Source of the DNA: an uncultured Planctomycetaceae bacterium
GTDB taxonomy: Bacteria > Planctomycetota > Planctomycetia > Pirellulales > Lacipirellulaceae
Assembly (NCBI GenBank): GCA_964353155.1
Contig: CAYGUP010000012.1
Span: 4,828-68,827, forward strand
DNA: 64,000 bases
Direction of reading: 5' to 3'
Part shown: piece after piece, positions 35,974 through 45,604 of the stretch
Layout: each line of letters starts with the position of its first letter
Numbering within the stretch: position 1 is the first letter of the stretch
The notes under the pieces: generated by a model
What the model saw: only the letters and a program-made list of their open reading frames with translations
Databases searched by the model: none
Told to the model about the DNA's origin: nothing
Position numbers and translations under genes: made by a program

Positions 35974-36080
35974 GGGTGGCCGAGGTCGCAGCGAAGCGGA
36001 GCCCCCGGTTGAATCACCACCGCAACGCCCAATCGCTAAACGCCGCGGGCTACGCCTGGCGGCTCCGACCCCGGCCACCC
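35974..36080. repeat. GGGTGG-footed REP-like inverted repeat
   Basis: gggtggccgaggtcgcagc (35974-35992) vs reverse complement of 36062-36080 (gggtggccggggtcggagc), 17/19. Confidence 0.72.
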
Positions 36081-36170
36081 CGAACGGTACGGAAATGCTG
36101 CTGAGTCTTCCTCGTTTGACGCCTTCTAGGCTTTGCCTTGCTTGGCTATTGGTCGCCAGACATGAAGGCG

Positions 36171-37028
36171 TCAGCCTCTGGTAAGGAAGGTGCCGATCAC
36201 GCGCTGTTGCTGTAACTTGCCAGTCGGGTCCGCTTCGGTCTTCAGGCGGCTGAAGTCTTCCGCCCACGGAGAGGTCCTCACCCGGATAGGCGGGTCCTCG
36301 GATTCGATGGCTTCGGTGACGATTTGGGCGATTTCCTCGGGGGTTTGGTAGAGGCGATCGATCTCTCGCCCGGCCGAGCCAAGATAGTCTTCCAGGATCG
36401 GCTTGTATTCGTCGTCGAGGATGCCCCCCGACTCCTGGAACTTGGCAAGGGCGCTGGCGGCGAACTGGGACCGGATGCCTCCGGGTTCAACGACCGTGAA
36501 ACGGATGCCGAACCGCGGCTGCAAATAGCTGGCCATCGCTTCGGTGAACCCTTCGACGCCGAACTTCGCGGCACAGTAAATCTCGTTGAAGGGTTGGCCC
36601 ACGAGCCCTCCCACCGACGAGATGTTCACGACATGGCCGCTCCGACGCTCCCGCATGTGAGGGATGACCGCCTTGGTGCAGCGGATAACGCCCATCAGGT
36701 TGAGGTCCAGCACCCACTGAATCTCTTGCTCGGTGGCTTGCTCGGTCGTGCGGACGAAACCCGCCCCGGCGTTGTTGATGAGCAGGTCGAGGCGTCCCTC
36801 TTGAGAGAGGATTTCCGAAACGCAACGCTCGACGCTTGGGGTAACGGTCACGTCGAGTTGGGTGACCTCGACGGACACTCCCCGCTGGGCAGCCGCGTCG
36901 AGCAGGAAGCCCTTCTTCGCTGGGTTACGCATCGAGGCGTAGGTCTTGTAGCCGCCGGCGGCCAACGCGATCGCCAATTGGGCTCCAAGGCCCGACGACG
37001 TCCCCGTGATGAGTGCAACTTTCGTCAT
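36171..37028 (-). CDS. Short-chain dehydrogenase/reductase (SDR)
   Basis: ITGTSSGLG, LINNAG, NISS, YCAAK. Confidence 0.93.
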   Translation of the reverse strand: MTKVALITGTSSGLGAQLAIALAAGGYKTYASMRNPAKKGFLLDAAAQRGVSVEVTQLDVTVTPSVERCVSEILSQEGRLDLLINNAGAGFVRTTEQATEQEIQWVLDLNLMGVIRCTKAVIPHMRERRSGHVVNISSVGGLVGQPFNEIYCAAKFGVEGFTEAMASYLQPRFGIRFTVVEPGGIRSQFAASALAKFQESGGILDDEYKPILEDYLGSAGREIDRLYQTPEEIAQIVTEAIESEDPPIRVRTSPWAEDFSRLKTEADPTGKLQQQRVIGTFLTRG

Positions 37029-37305
37029 GCCCGTTCCCGCTTGCTTTGTCTACGCCGATGCCTGTGAGAGAGCCGCACCTCACACGCATCAGCTTATTCG
37101 ATTTCCCTTCGTGCGTAATGAGTGAACTCCCTGGGCACTCACAAAGGGGCACCCTTTCGGAAAGGGCTCTGCCACGGCCGGCGTTTTTCCTCTGGGCATG
37201 GCGTTTCCCTTCAATCACGAGCAGCAGCGTTCGGCAGGATCGGACCGGGATGCCGGCTTGGTATACTGCGGGCGTAGCCTGTCACCGTGGCCCGAGGATC
37301 TATCC

Positions 37306-38619
37306 ATGTTGCGACGATTCGCTTGCCTCGCCCTTGCCGTGTGGTTCGTTTCGAACGCCGTGGCGGATGTGATTCACTTGACCGACGGACGCACCCTCCG
37401 GGGCGAGGTCACCGCGTACGACAACGGGGTGATCCGGTTCAGCGCCGCGGGGAACGACGACCGCGTTATCGCGTTGAATCTCGTGGATCGGATCGAGTTC
37501 GACCGACCGGCTCCCACCGACGAGACGACCCTCGTCATCCCGCCGCCGCCCGCGTACGAGGAGGCCTTGAGGCGGCAGGTCGAGCAAGCCCGCAAACGCC
37601 TCGACGCGGGTCGCGGCGACTCGGCCGCGATCGTCATGTACCTCGACACCGCACTGGGCGAACCGCCGATCCCCGAAGGGACGGCCGAGTACCGATGCTA
37701 TCGCGGCGGTGGCTACTCGGGCATCCAAGAGGTGCCGGTCGGCACGCCCTGGATGCGTTTCGAAACCGTCCGACAACGCGACGATGGTGTGCGGCGTCTC
37801 GTGATCGATCCGGGGCCTCCCTACGCGGCGATCAATCAAGGCGTGACCCTGATCCCGGGTGAGGTTACCAACCTGGGGCGCATCGTGCTGCGAAGGATCC
37901 GGACCGATAAGACCGTGGGCCTTTCGGGCTATGTCCGCGACAGCCACCAAGACCCAATCGAGGGGGTGCTGGTATCGGCCGGCGCCCGTCGCACGCACAC
38001 CGACGCCGACGGCTTCTATCGGCTCGACGGGTTCGGGTTAGAAGAGGTCAACCTGACGGCTCGCAAGAAAGGGTTCGTCAACGGCGGGTCGCGGCTGGCG
38101 ATCCGTGACACGAACAAGACCGAGATCCCGATTGATATCAGCCTGTTCCGACCCCGCCGCTTGAAGATCTCCTACGTCATCGGCACCGAACGATCCGACT
38201 CGTTCGAAGGGCCGGGCGTGGAGACCGGCTCGATCGAACGGATCGTTGACTCGCCGCGGATTCCCTTGGACGAAACGATCCATGCCTCGAAGTCTTTCCA
38301 ACGCTTCGCCAGAGAGGCCCACCTCTACCTCGGCGTCAGTGAAGGACGCCTCACGCTCAGCCATTCCCACGGGCCGATCTTCTACCAACAGGCCGAGGCG
38401 AACGTTCGCTTCGAGGATATCCGGGACGCCGGCGATGCCTCGATGAATGCTCAACGCTGCCCGCCGCTCACCGAGGGCGCGGTGATCGTGATGCGCGGCT
38501 ACAGCGACGAGTCCCCGCACGCGGTCTCGCCGTTCTGCGTGAAGCTCTTGGTCGAGGAACTCTCGACGGAGACCGGCGAGTTTGGCGAGCAGGACTACAC
38601 ACCGGTCGGGGCCGAGTGA
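37306..38619 (+). CDS. Secreted protein with carboxypeptidase-regulatory-like beta-sandwich domain
   Basis: Signal peptide; DVIHLTDGRTLRGEV; LSGYVRD...PIEGVLVS...TDADGFYRLDG. Confidence 0.75.
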   Translation: MLRRFACLALAVWFVSNAVADVIHLTDGRTLRGEVTAYDNGVIRFSAAGNDDRVIALNLVDRIEFDRPAPTDETTLVIPPPPAYEEALRRQVEQARKRLDAGRGDSAAIVMYLDTALGEPPIPEGTAEYRCYRGGGYSGIQEVPVGTPWMRFETVRQRDDGVRRLVIDPGPPYAAINQGVTLIPGEVTNLGRIVLRRIRTDKTVGLSGYVRDSHQDPIEGVLVSAGARRTHTDADGFYRLDGFGLEEVNLTARKKGFVNGGSRLAIRDTNKTEIPIDISLFRPRRLKISYVIGTERSDSFEGPGVETGSIERIVDSPRIPLDETIHASKSFQRFAREAHLYLGVSEGRLTLSHSHGPIFYQQAEANVRFEDIRDAGDASMNAQRCPPLTEGAVIVMRGYSDESPHAVSPFCVKLLVEELSTETGEFGEQDYTPVGAE

Positions 38620-38713
38620 CTCGGTTCGGACCGTTCTTTGCATGCCGACACGTGGCCAAGAATGCCACAACGATCCCGCTCTTGCCTTAGAATGGAGGCA
38701 CGCCTCGAAACGC

Positions 38714-38847
38714 GGTTAGGTCGCACCGACGCTGCGACATGACCGGGCATGCGACAAAACCTAAAACGATAGGTCGCAACAACTTAAGACCGCCTTCGAG
38801 CTCTATCGGCAACTCCCGCCGAGGCGACATCTAGCTGCGACAAAACG
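38714..38847. other. Array of six 12-bp motifs (core GTCGCA), recombination-site-like
   Basis: Copies at 38714+, 38733-, 38750-, 38767+, 38823-, 38836-; lies between convergent gene 3' ends. Confidence 0.6.
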
Positions 38848-38867
38848 CGTACGGCTTTTGGCCGCTT

Positions 38868-40103
38868 CTAGTTTTTGATCACGACCGCGTCGCTGAAGCG
38901 TTCGATCATGGCCGACGTATCGAAGCGTTCTTGCACGAGCTTCGCAGCCCGATTGCCCATCGCGGCGAGCTCTTCTTTCGGCAGGGCGCGGATCTCATCG
39001 ATGGCCGCGATTGCGCCGTCCACGTCGCCGTGCTCGATCGACCAACCGATCCGCGCCGCCGGGTCGTCTTCGTTGAGCAGGTCGGTCACATGGCTCGGCC
39101 GGGGCCCCGCGTACAGCACGGGCCGGCCGAGCGCCAACGCGCCGTAGACCTTGCAGGGGTGAACGCAGCCAACGACCGCATCGCCGAGCGTGACCAGGTG
39201 CACGTCGGCGGCCGAGAGGCTGTAGCGGATCGTTTCGAGCGGCTGGTATGGCAGGCTGATGAGGTTGGTCGGGCGGTGCTTGGCGAGGGTCTCCTCGACC
39301 GACTTCTTACGCACCCCCCCGCCGATGAACATGAAGACCAAGTCCTCGCGATCCTGCATCCGCACCGCCGCTTCGAGGATGGTCTCGATCGGGTTGGTCA
39401 GCGCATGATTGCCGCTGTACATGACAACGAACTTCCCCTCGAGCCGATGCTCGGCGCGGAACGGGTTCTCTTCGTGCGGCAGCGGGGCATCGTGCTGGCC
39501 GTGCGGCCAAGGCGGCATGACGAGCATCTTGTCCGAGACATCGACCTTGGCGTTAAGCCGGTCGGCCATGAAACGATCCAACGCGACGACCTTCGCCGCT
39601 CGCTTGAGGATGCGGCGGTTGAACCAATTGAAGACCCGCGCCGACAGCGACTTCTCGGTCACCTTACCGAGTTGGATCATCTGGTCCGGGTTCAGGTCCA
39701 TCGACCAGTACGTGATCGGCACGCGGCGGACAAAGCCGATCAGCACGGCCACGAACGAGGCCAGCGGCGGTGAGGTGCTTACCAAGATGCCGCTCAGCCG
39801 GGGCGTGAAGAGCCCCCGCACCAGCGCCTGAACCAGGAAGACCACCATGCCGGCGAGGCGGTGGGCGATTGTCTTCTTGCCGAACGACGCCAACGGCATC
39901 CGCACGATCTCGACGCCGTTGAGCGTCTCGCGGAGCGGGTAACGCTGCGACGGGTCGTCGAACCCTCGCGCGGAAGTGATCACACGGACTTCGTTGCCAC
40001 GCGCGGCGAGCGCCTCGGCCGCGTCGGCGAGGTGCTGACCGACGGAGGTCGGGTCGGGCAGGTAGACCTGCGTGATGACAAGGACGCGGGGATGCTTGGG
40101 CAT
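38868..40103 (-). CDS. Glycosyltransferase family 4 (WcaI-like)
   Basis: VLVITQVYLPD, STSPP, YSGNH, PCKVYGALALGRPVL. Confidence 0.9.
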   Translation of the reverse strand: MPKHPRVLVITQVYLPDPTSVGQHLADAAEALAARGNEVRVITSARGFDDPSQRYPLRETLNGVEIVRMPLASFGKKTIAHRLAGMVVFLVQALVRGLFTPRLSGILVSTSPPLASFVAVLIGFVRRVPITYWSMDLNPDQMIQLGKVTEKSLSARVFNWFNRRILKRAAKVVALDRFMADRLNAKVDVSDKMLVMPPWPHGQHDAPLPHEENPFRAEHRLEGKFVVMYSGNHALTNPIETILEAAVRMQDREDLVFMFIGGGVRKKSVEETLAKHRPTNLISLPYQPLETIRYSLSAADVHLVTLGDAVVGCVHPCKVYGALALGRPVLYAGPRPSHVTDLLNEDDPAARIGWSIEHGDVDGAIAAIDEIRALPKEELAAMGNRAAKLVQERFDTSAMIERFSDAVVIKN

Positions 40104-40252
40104 CGCGGTATTCAATCGAGCAAAGAAGCCAAAACCGCAGTTTAATCCGATGAGCCAAAGACCGAGCGGCTCGCCAGAGGCCAATCACCAAGTGTTGCGG
40201 CGAGCCCGGCCGGATGTGCCGGATGTACCGGATCCCACCCCGTGCCGGGCGG

Positions 40253-41296
40253 CTACTCGGCTTCGAGCGAAGCGAGATCGGCTTGCGTCATCAGGCGGGC
40301 CAGCTCGGGCGCGTAAACGGTTGGCTTCCAACCGAGGACCCGTTCCGCCTTCGAGGCATCGCCGCAGAGCGTATCGACCTCGGTGGGGCGGAAGTAACGA
40401 GGGTCGACCTCGACTCGCGTGCGACCGTCGGCGTCGAGGCCGCGCTCTTCGACGCCGTGGCCCTCCCACGTGAGCGGCAGGCCGGCCTCGGCGAAGCAGT
40501 AATCGCAGAACTGCCGCACGGTGCACGTCTGGCCGGTAGCGATGACGAAGTCGTCCGGCTCGTCGGTTTGTAGCATCCGCCACATCGCGTCGACGTAGTC
40601 GCCGGCGAAGCCCCAATCGCGGGTCGCGTCGAGGTTGCCCAGGTACAGTTGCTCTTGTTGCCCGTGGCGGATGCGTGCCGCCGCGTGGCTGATCTTCCGC
40701 GTGACGAACGTCTCGCCGCGGCGGGGCGACTCGTGGTTGAACAGGATGCCGTTCACCGCGAAGAGGCCGTACGCCTCGCGGTGGTTGCGCGTGACATGGA
40801 ACGCGAAGGCCTTGGCGGCGGCGTACGGGCTGCGGGGCCAGAACGGCGTCGACTCCGACTGCGGCGACTCGACCGCCCGGCCGTACATCTCGCTCGACGA
40901 GGCTTGGTAGAACTTGCAGTCGAGCCCCAGCCCACGGATCGCCGCCAGCAACCGAACCACGCCGACGCCCGTCACATCGCTGGTGTACTCGGGTGTCTCG
41001 AACGAGACCTTCACGTGCGACTGCGCGCCGAGGTTGTAAACCTCGTCGGGCTGCGACTCGCTCAAGGCGTGGCGGATCGATTCGTTGTCCGCTAGGTCGC
41101 CGTAGACCAGCTTCAACCGCCGATGCGATTCGTGCGGGTCCTGATAGATATGGTCGATGCGGCCGGTGTTGAACGACGAACTCCGCCGGATCATCCCCCA
41201 AACCTCGTACCCCTTGGCGAGCAAGAGCTCGGCTAGGTAGGAGCCGTCTTGGCCGGTGATGCCGGTGATCAGCGCACGTCTTGGTTCTTCGCTCAA
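40253..41296 (-). CDS. gmd: GDP-mannose 4,6-dehydratase
   Basis: [53 protein letters not shown]. Confidence 0.97.
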   Translation of the reverse strand: MSEEPRRALITGITGQDGSYLAELLLAKGYEVWGMIRRSSSFNTGRIDHIYQDPHESHRRLKLVYGDLADNESIRHALSESQPDEVYNLGAQSHVKVSFETPEYTSDVTGVGVVRLLAAIRGLGLDCKFYQASSSEMYGRAVESPQSESTPFWPRSPYAAAKAFAFHVTRNHREAYGLFAVNGILFNHESPRRGETFVTRKISHAAARIRHGQQEQLYLGNLDATRDWGFAGDYVDAMWRMLQTDEPDDFVIATGQTCTVRQFCDYCFAEAGLPLTWEGHGVEERGLDADGRTRVEVDPRYFRPTEVDTLCGDASKAERVLGWKPTVYAPELARLMTQADLASLEAE

Positions 41297-41320
41297 AGCT
41301 TTGTTGACTCTTTTTCAAAT

Positions 41321-41460
41321 AACCACGGAGGTACGGAAGGCACTGAGAAAGAAGTCCTGACGCGATCAACAAGATTGACGGGATGAAGCTTGGGATTCAC
41401 TCCTATCGATCTTGTGAATCCTGTCAAAGAATTCTCGGTATCCTCCGTGGCTCCGTGGCT
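41321..41460. repeat. Nested intergenic palindrome
   Basis: Outer arms 41321-41348 / 41433-41460 (21/28, ccacggag units); inner arms 41358-41383 / 41401-41425 (acaagat core). Confidence 0.75.
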
Positions 41461-41465
41461 GGCAT

Positions 41466-42419
41466 TTAGGCGGGGCGATCTAGGTGGGATAGGAACCATT
41501 CATACGTGGTTCTCAGGCCTTCGGCCAGACCGGTCCGATGCTGCCAGCCGAGCGAGTGGAGGCGTGAGACGTCCAGCAGCTTGCGGGGCGGGCCGTCGGG
41601 CATCGCGGTGTCGTAGGCGACCGTGGCCTCGGGGCAGACGATCGCCCGGACGTGGTCGGCGAGTTCAGCGATGGTGACGTCCTCGCCGCAGCCGACGTTG
41701 ATCGGCGACTCGTCGTCGTAGTTCTCTAGCAAGAAGAGGCAGGCGTCGGCGAGGTCGTCGACGTACAGGAACTCACGCCGAGGGCTGCCCGTGCCCCAGA
41801 GCGTGACGGCCTTGTCGCCGGTCTGGCTCGCCTCGTGGAACTTGCGCAGCAAGCCGGCGACGACGTGCGAGCCTTGCGGGTCGAAGTTGTCGTTGGGCCC
41901 ATACAGGTTGGTCGGCATCGCGGAGATAAAGCGGCAGCCGTGCTGGCGGCGATACGCTTGGCACGCTTTCACGCCGGCGATCTTCGCGATGGCATAAGCC
42001 TCGTTGGTGGTTTCGAGCGGGCCGGTCAGCAGGTGCTCCTCGCGCATTGGCTGCGGGCAGCCGGGCGGGTAGACGCAGCTACTGCCCAAGTACAGCAGCC
42101 TCTCGACGCCCGTCCGCCACGCGGCTCGCAAAACGGTCGCGTGGATCATCAGGTTGTCGTACAGGAACTCGGCCGGCCGCGTCCGATTCGCCTGGATGCC
42201 GCCGACCGTGCCGGCGGCGTGGACCACGTGCTGAGGGCGATGCTCAACGAACCACGCATCGACGGCCGCCTGATCGCGGAGGTCACACGCCTGCCGCGTC
42301 GCGGTAAGCAGGTTCGTAAAGCCGGCCTCCGTGAAGCGGCGCACCAGCGCCGAACCGACCATCCCGCGATGGCCGGTGAGGAAGACGCGGGCGTCGCGTG
42401 GGATGGGGGCGAGTGACAT
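41466..42419 (-). CDS. fcl: GDP-L-fucose synthase
   Basis: TGHRGMVGSA, AGTVGGIQAN, LGSSCVYP, YAIAK, MPTNLYGPNDNF, WGTGSPRREF. Confidence 0.96.
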   Translation of the reverse strand: MSLAPIPRDARVFLTGHRGMVGSALVRRFTEAGFTNLLTATRQACDLRDQAAVDAWFVEHRPQHVVHAAGTVGGIQANRTRPAEFLYDNLMIHATVLRAAWRTGVERLLYLGSSCVYPPGCPQPMREEHLLTGPLETTNEAYAIAKIAGVKACQAYRRQHGCRFISAMPTNLYGPNDNFDPQGSHVVAGLLRKFHEASQTGDKAVTLWGTGSPRREFLYVDDLADACLFLLENYDDESPINVGCGEDVTIAELADHVRAIVCPEATVAYDTAMPDGPPRKLLDVSRLHSLGWQHRTGLAEGLRTTYEWFLSHLDRPA

Positions 42420-42432
42420 GCGGAGAAAAGAA

Positions 42433-42521
42433 CTGTGGGAGGCGTCTCCCGATGCCGATGACGGTCCGCTAGCCACTTAGGCTAAACACCCGGAATCGAC
42501 GCAGAGAGACGCCTCCCACAG
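42433..42521. repeat. GTGGGAG-type REP doublet, copy 1
   Basis: Perfect 16-bp inverted repeat ctgtgggaggcgtctc (42433-42448) / gagacgcctcccacag (42506-42521); internal tagcc..ggcta hairpin. Confidence 0.8.
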
Positions 42522-42547
42522 GGGAAGGGTCAGGCAAACGGCTAGGA

Positions 42548-43537
42548 TCAGACCGCCGCGCCGTGCTTGGCGAGGTACTCGGCGTGGATCCATTTGTAGG
42601 TCTTCTCCATGCCATCCCGCAGCTTGATGCCGGGGGCCCAGCCGAGGAGTTCCTGGATCAGCGTGTTATCGCTGTTGCGGCCGTTGACGCCCTTCGGGGC
42701 GTCGAGGTTGTGGTCGCGGGTGATCTCGATGCCGGCGATCTCGGCGACCATCTCGGTGAGGCCGGTAATGGTCGTGAGTTCATCCGAGCCAAGGTTGATC
42801 GGTTCGAGGATGTCCGAGTCGGTGATCTTGAGGATGCCGTCGATGCAGTCATCGATGTACATGAAGCTGCGGGTCTGCTTGCCGTCGCCCCAGACCTCGA
42901 TGTTGTGGTCGCCGGTCTCCTTGGCGTGGATGATCTTGCGGCAGATCGCGGCCGGGGCCTTCTCGCGGCCGCCGTCCCAGGTGCCGAGCGGGCCGTACAC
43001 GTTGTGGAAGCGGGCAACGCGGGTCGTCAGGCCGTAGTCCTCGCGGAAGTGGCGGCACATCCGCTCGCTGAACAGCTTCTCCCAGCCGTAGCCATCCTCG
43101 GGCATGGCGGGGTAGGCGTCTTCCTCTTTCAGGGCGACGACGTCCTCGCACTTCTGCTTGTCGGCGTTGTAGACGCAAGCGCTGGAGGCGTAGAAGAAGC
43201 GATCAACGCCGGCGTCCTTGGCGGCTTCCAACAGGTGGGTGTTGATCAGCACGCTCAGCATGCAGAGCGCTTTGTTGTTTTCGATGAAGCCCATCCCGCC
43301 CATGTCGGCGGCCAGGTTGTAGACGCGGTCGGCTCCCTCGCAGGCAGCGACGCAGGCGTCCTTGAGCTTGAGGTCGGCCACGACGTTCTCGACGCCGTCG
43401 TGGACCTGGTACCACTGGTCGGTCGGCTTGATATCGACGCAGCGGATGCGGGTATGACCCATCTCTAGAAGCCGGGCAATGAGGTGTCCGCCGATGAATC
43501 CGCCGCCGCCTGCCACCAAGATCAGTTTATCGCTCAT
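42548..43537 (-). CDS. NAD-dependent epimerase, GDP-mannose 3',5'-epimerase-like
   Basis: AGGGGFIGGH, LAADMGGMGFI, YASSACVY, YGWEK, REKAPAAICRK, VNGRNSDN. Confidence 0.88.
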   Translation of the reverse strand: MSDKLILVAGGGGFIGGHLIARLLEMGHTRIRCVDIKPTDQWYQVHDGVENVVADLKLKDACVAACEGADRVYNLAADMGGMGFIENNKALCMLSVLINTHLLEAAKDAGVDRFFYASSACVYNADKQKCEDVVALKEEDAYPAMPEDGYGWEKLFSERMCRHFREDYGLTTRVARFHNVYGPLGTWDGGREKAPAAICRKIIHAKETGDHNIEVWGDGKQTRSFMYIDDCIDGILKITDSDILEPINLGSDELTTITGLTEMVAEIAGIEITRDHNLDAPKGVNGRNSDNTLIQELLGWAPGIKLRDGMEKTYKWIHAEYLAKHGAAV

Positions 43538-43676
43538 CGTTATTCGTTCGTTTGCTTGAGGTGGAAGAAGAGGGTTCGCGATGGTTAAGAGAAGGGGCGA
43601 TCCGTCGTCTTCCCGCTGCTAGGTTGTCGTCCGACCAAGGGATGGCCGGGGTCTCTTTCTGGAGGATTCGTAACCG

Positions 43677-45284
43677 TCAGTTTTGGCCGGCGGTCACCAG
43701 CGACGCCGCTTCGTGCCAGGACTCGTCGTCCGGCGTGTCCGAGGGGCTAGCCGCCGGCGTGGCGGCGGGCCGCTCCCCCGCGGCGAGGCCCTCCTTCACG
43801 CGGCGGATATTATCCTCGATCGGCTCGAGGAAATCGAGCACCTCGGCGACCTGGGCCAGGGTCGAGCGGCTGGTGTCATCAACGATGCCCGTGACCTCCA
43901 GCTTGCCGACCGACTCGCCATCAACCATCAGCGGATGGGCGACGCGCCAGACGCTGTCGCTCGAGGCGATCGCGTTCTTGGGGGCCCGCCAGTTGGCGTA
44001 GAAGGCCTCGTGGACGGCCGGCATATGGATCGTGAGACGAAGCTTGGTGAGGCCGTACCCGGGGGCCGATTCGACCAGCGAATCCCAGAGGACCTCCCAT
44101 TCGTGCGAGCCCTGGAGTCGGACGGCCCCGTGCTGGGCTCCTTCCTTTTCTTCCTTGGTCGATCGCAACGAGATGCCGTGGTGCCGCAGCCGGTTGCGGA
44201 GCAACTCGAACTCGACATGGCCGAAGGTCTTGCTGCCAATCAGGAAGACCACCACAAAGGCGACCGTCGCGAGCACGATCCATTCGCTCCGCCAGAAGAC
44301 GCCCAGAACGGCGCTGAGGCAGGTGACCGCACAGATCAGCGTGATGAAGATCGACGCCTGCCGGACGGTCCAGCCGCGGGTCAGCAGCGAGTGGTGCAGG
44401 TGGCCGCGATCCGGGTCGAAGATGCTCCGGCCGGTCAGCCGACGGCGGACGATCGCCGCCCCCGAGTCGAGGATCGGCACGGCCCAGACGGCCATCGGCA
44501 CGATCATCGCCACCGCGAGCGGGGCCTTCTGCTGGGTGTGCAGGGCGACCGAGCCGATGATCAGGCCGATCACCATGCTGCCCGCATCGCCCAGGTAGAT
44601 CGACGCCGGCGCGAAGTTGTACCGCAGGAAGCCGAGCAACGCCCCAGCAAGAGCGAGCATCACCACCGCTTCGGGGAATTGGCCCGAGTAAGCGTTGATC
44701 GCGGCGAGGGTCAGGCAGAGCACCATGCCGATGCTCGAAGCGAGCCCATCGATGCCGTCGAGCAGGTTGATGGCGTTCGTGGAGCCGAGCAACCAGAAGA
44801 GCGAGAACGGGATTGCCATCCAGCCGAGTTGGTACTGGTGGCCGAACAGGCCGAGGCGATCGGTTTGGATCCCGAGATAGACCAGCACGCCGGCAATGGC
44901 GAGTTGGCCGAGCAGCTTGTAGCGGCCCCGCATGTTGGTGGCATCGTCGTAGATGCCCAAGACAAGCGTCGCGGCGGCGGCGGCTCCCAGCCCCAACAGG
45001 AATCGGCCATCGCCATCGAAGAAGGCGCGTGTCAGGGTCGCGTCGGCAAAGATGAACGCCACAACGACCGCGGCCAGAGCACCGCCGAAGACAGCCACGC
45101 CGCCGCCGAGCGAGATCGCTGTCTCTTGGGTCTTCCGCCCGCCCGGCTTGTCGACAAAGCCAAGCCGGATCGCCGCGAGGCGTACGGTTGGCGTCAGCAT
45201 GTAAGCGACCAACCAGCCGACCGCCAGCGCGAGCAGATAAGTCGCGGCGCGGTATTCAGAAAAGAAAAGGGACGACAGCGTCAC
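43677..45284 (-). CDS. wecA: WecA/TagO-like undecaprenyl-phosphate sugar-1-phosphate transferase with C-terminal extension
   Basis: LGIYDD, NAINLLDGIDGL, YNFAPASIYLGDAGS, DRGHLHH; GTG start at 45284 with AAGGA RBS. Confidence 0.88.
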   Translation of the reverse strand: MTLSSLFFSEYRAATYLLALAVGWLVAYMLTPTVRLAAIRLGFVDKPGGRKTQETAISLGGGVAVFGGALAAVVVAFIFADATLTRAFFDGDGRFLLGLGAAAAATLVLGIYDDATNMRGRYKLLGQLAIAGVLVYLGIQTDRLGLFGHQYQLGWMAIPFSLFWLLGSTNAINLLDGIDGLASSIGMVLCLTLAAINAYSGQFPEAVVMLALAGALLGFLRYNFAPASIYLGDAGSMVIGLIIGSVALHTQQKAPLAVAMIVPMAVWAVPILDSGAAIVRRRLTGRSIFDPDRGHLHHSLLTRGWTVRQASIFITLICAVTCLSAVLGVFWRSEWIVLATVAFVVVFLIGSKTFGHVEFELLRNRLRHHGISLRSTKEEKEGAQHGAVRLQGSHEWEVLWDSLVESAPGYGLTKLRLTIHMPAVHEAFYANWRAPKNAIASSDSVWRVAHPLMVDGESVGKLEVTGIVDDTSRSTLAQVAEVLDFLEPIEDNIRRVKEGLAAGERPAATPAASPSDTPDDESWHEAASLVTAGQN

Positions 45285-45604
45285 GGTGTCTTCCTTGGGT
45301 GCGTCTTCTCGTCGGAGAACCGAATTATGGCGGCCTTCGTCGATCCGGTCGATGATCGGATCACTAAGTTCGCTCCAGATCGGTCTTCCGTGGGTTCCGA
45401 TCATGCAAGCGGCAGGCCAATCCCCCCGCTCTGGGGCTCAATCAGCGCAGACCGCCTCTATCCGACGCTTTGGACGCACTGAACGGGGCGAAAGTTGCCC
45501 ATCGGCTTGAAAAATCGAAAAGAACCGACCAGCCGGCCTCCCCGTGCCAGCAACGCTAGGTTGCCGAAAAGCAACGCATGACGCGAATCGAAGACACGCC
45601 GGGC

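Noticed and set aside
38714-38847. CRISPR array
   Set aside because: The repeats are only 12 bp, in mixed orientation with irregular spacing, and there are no cas genes. No CRISPR-like array was seen anywhere in the window.
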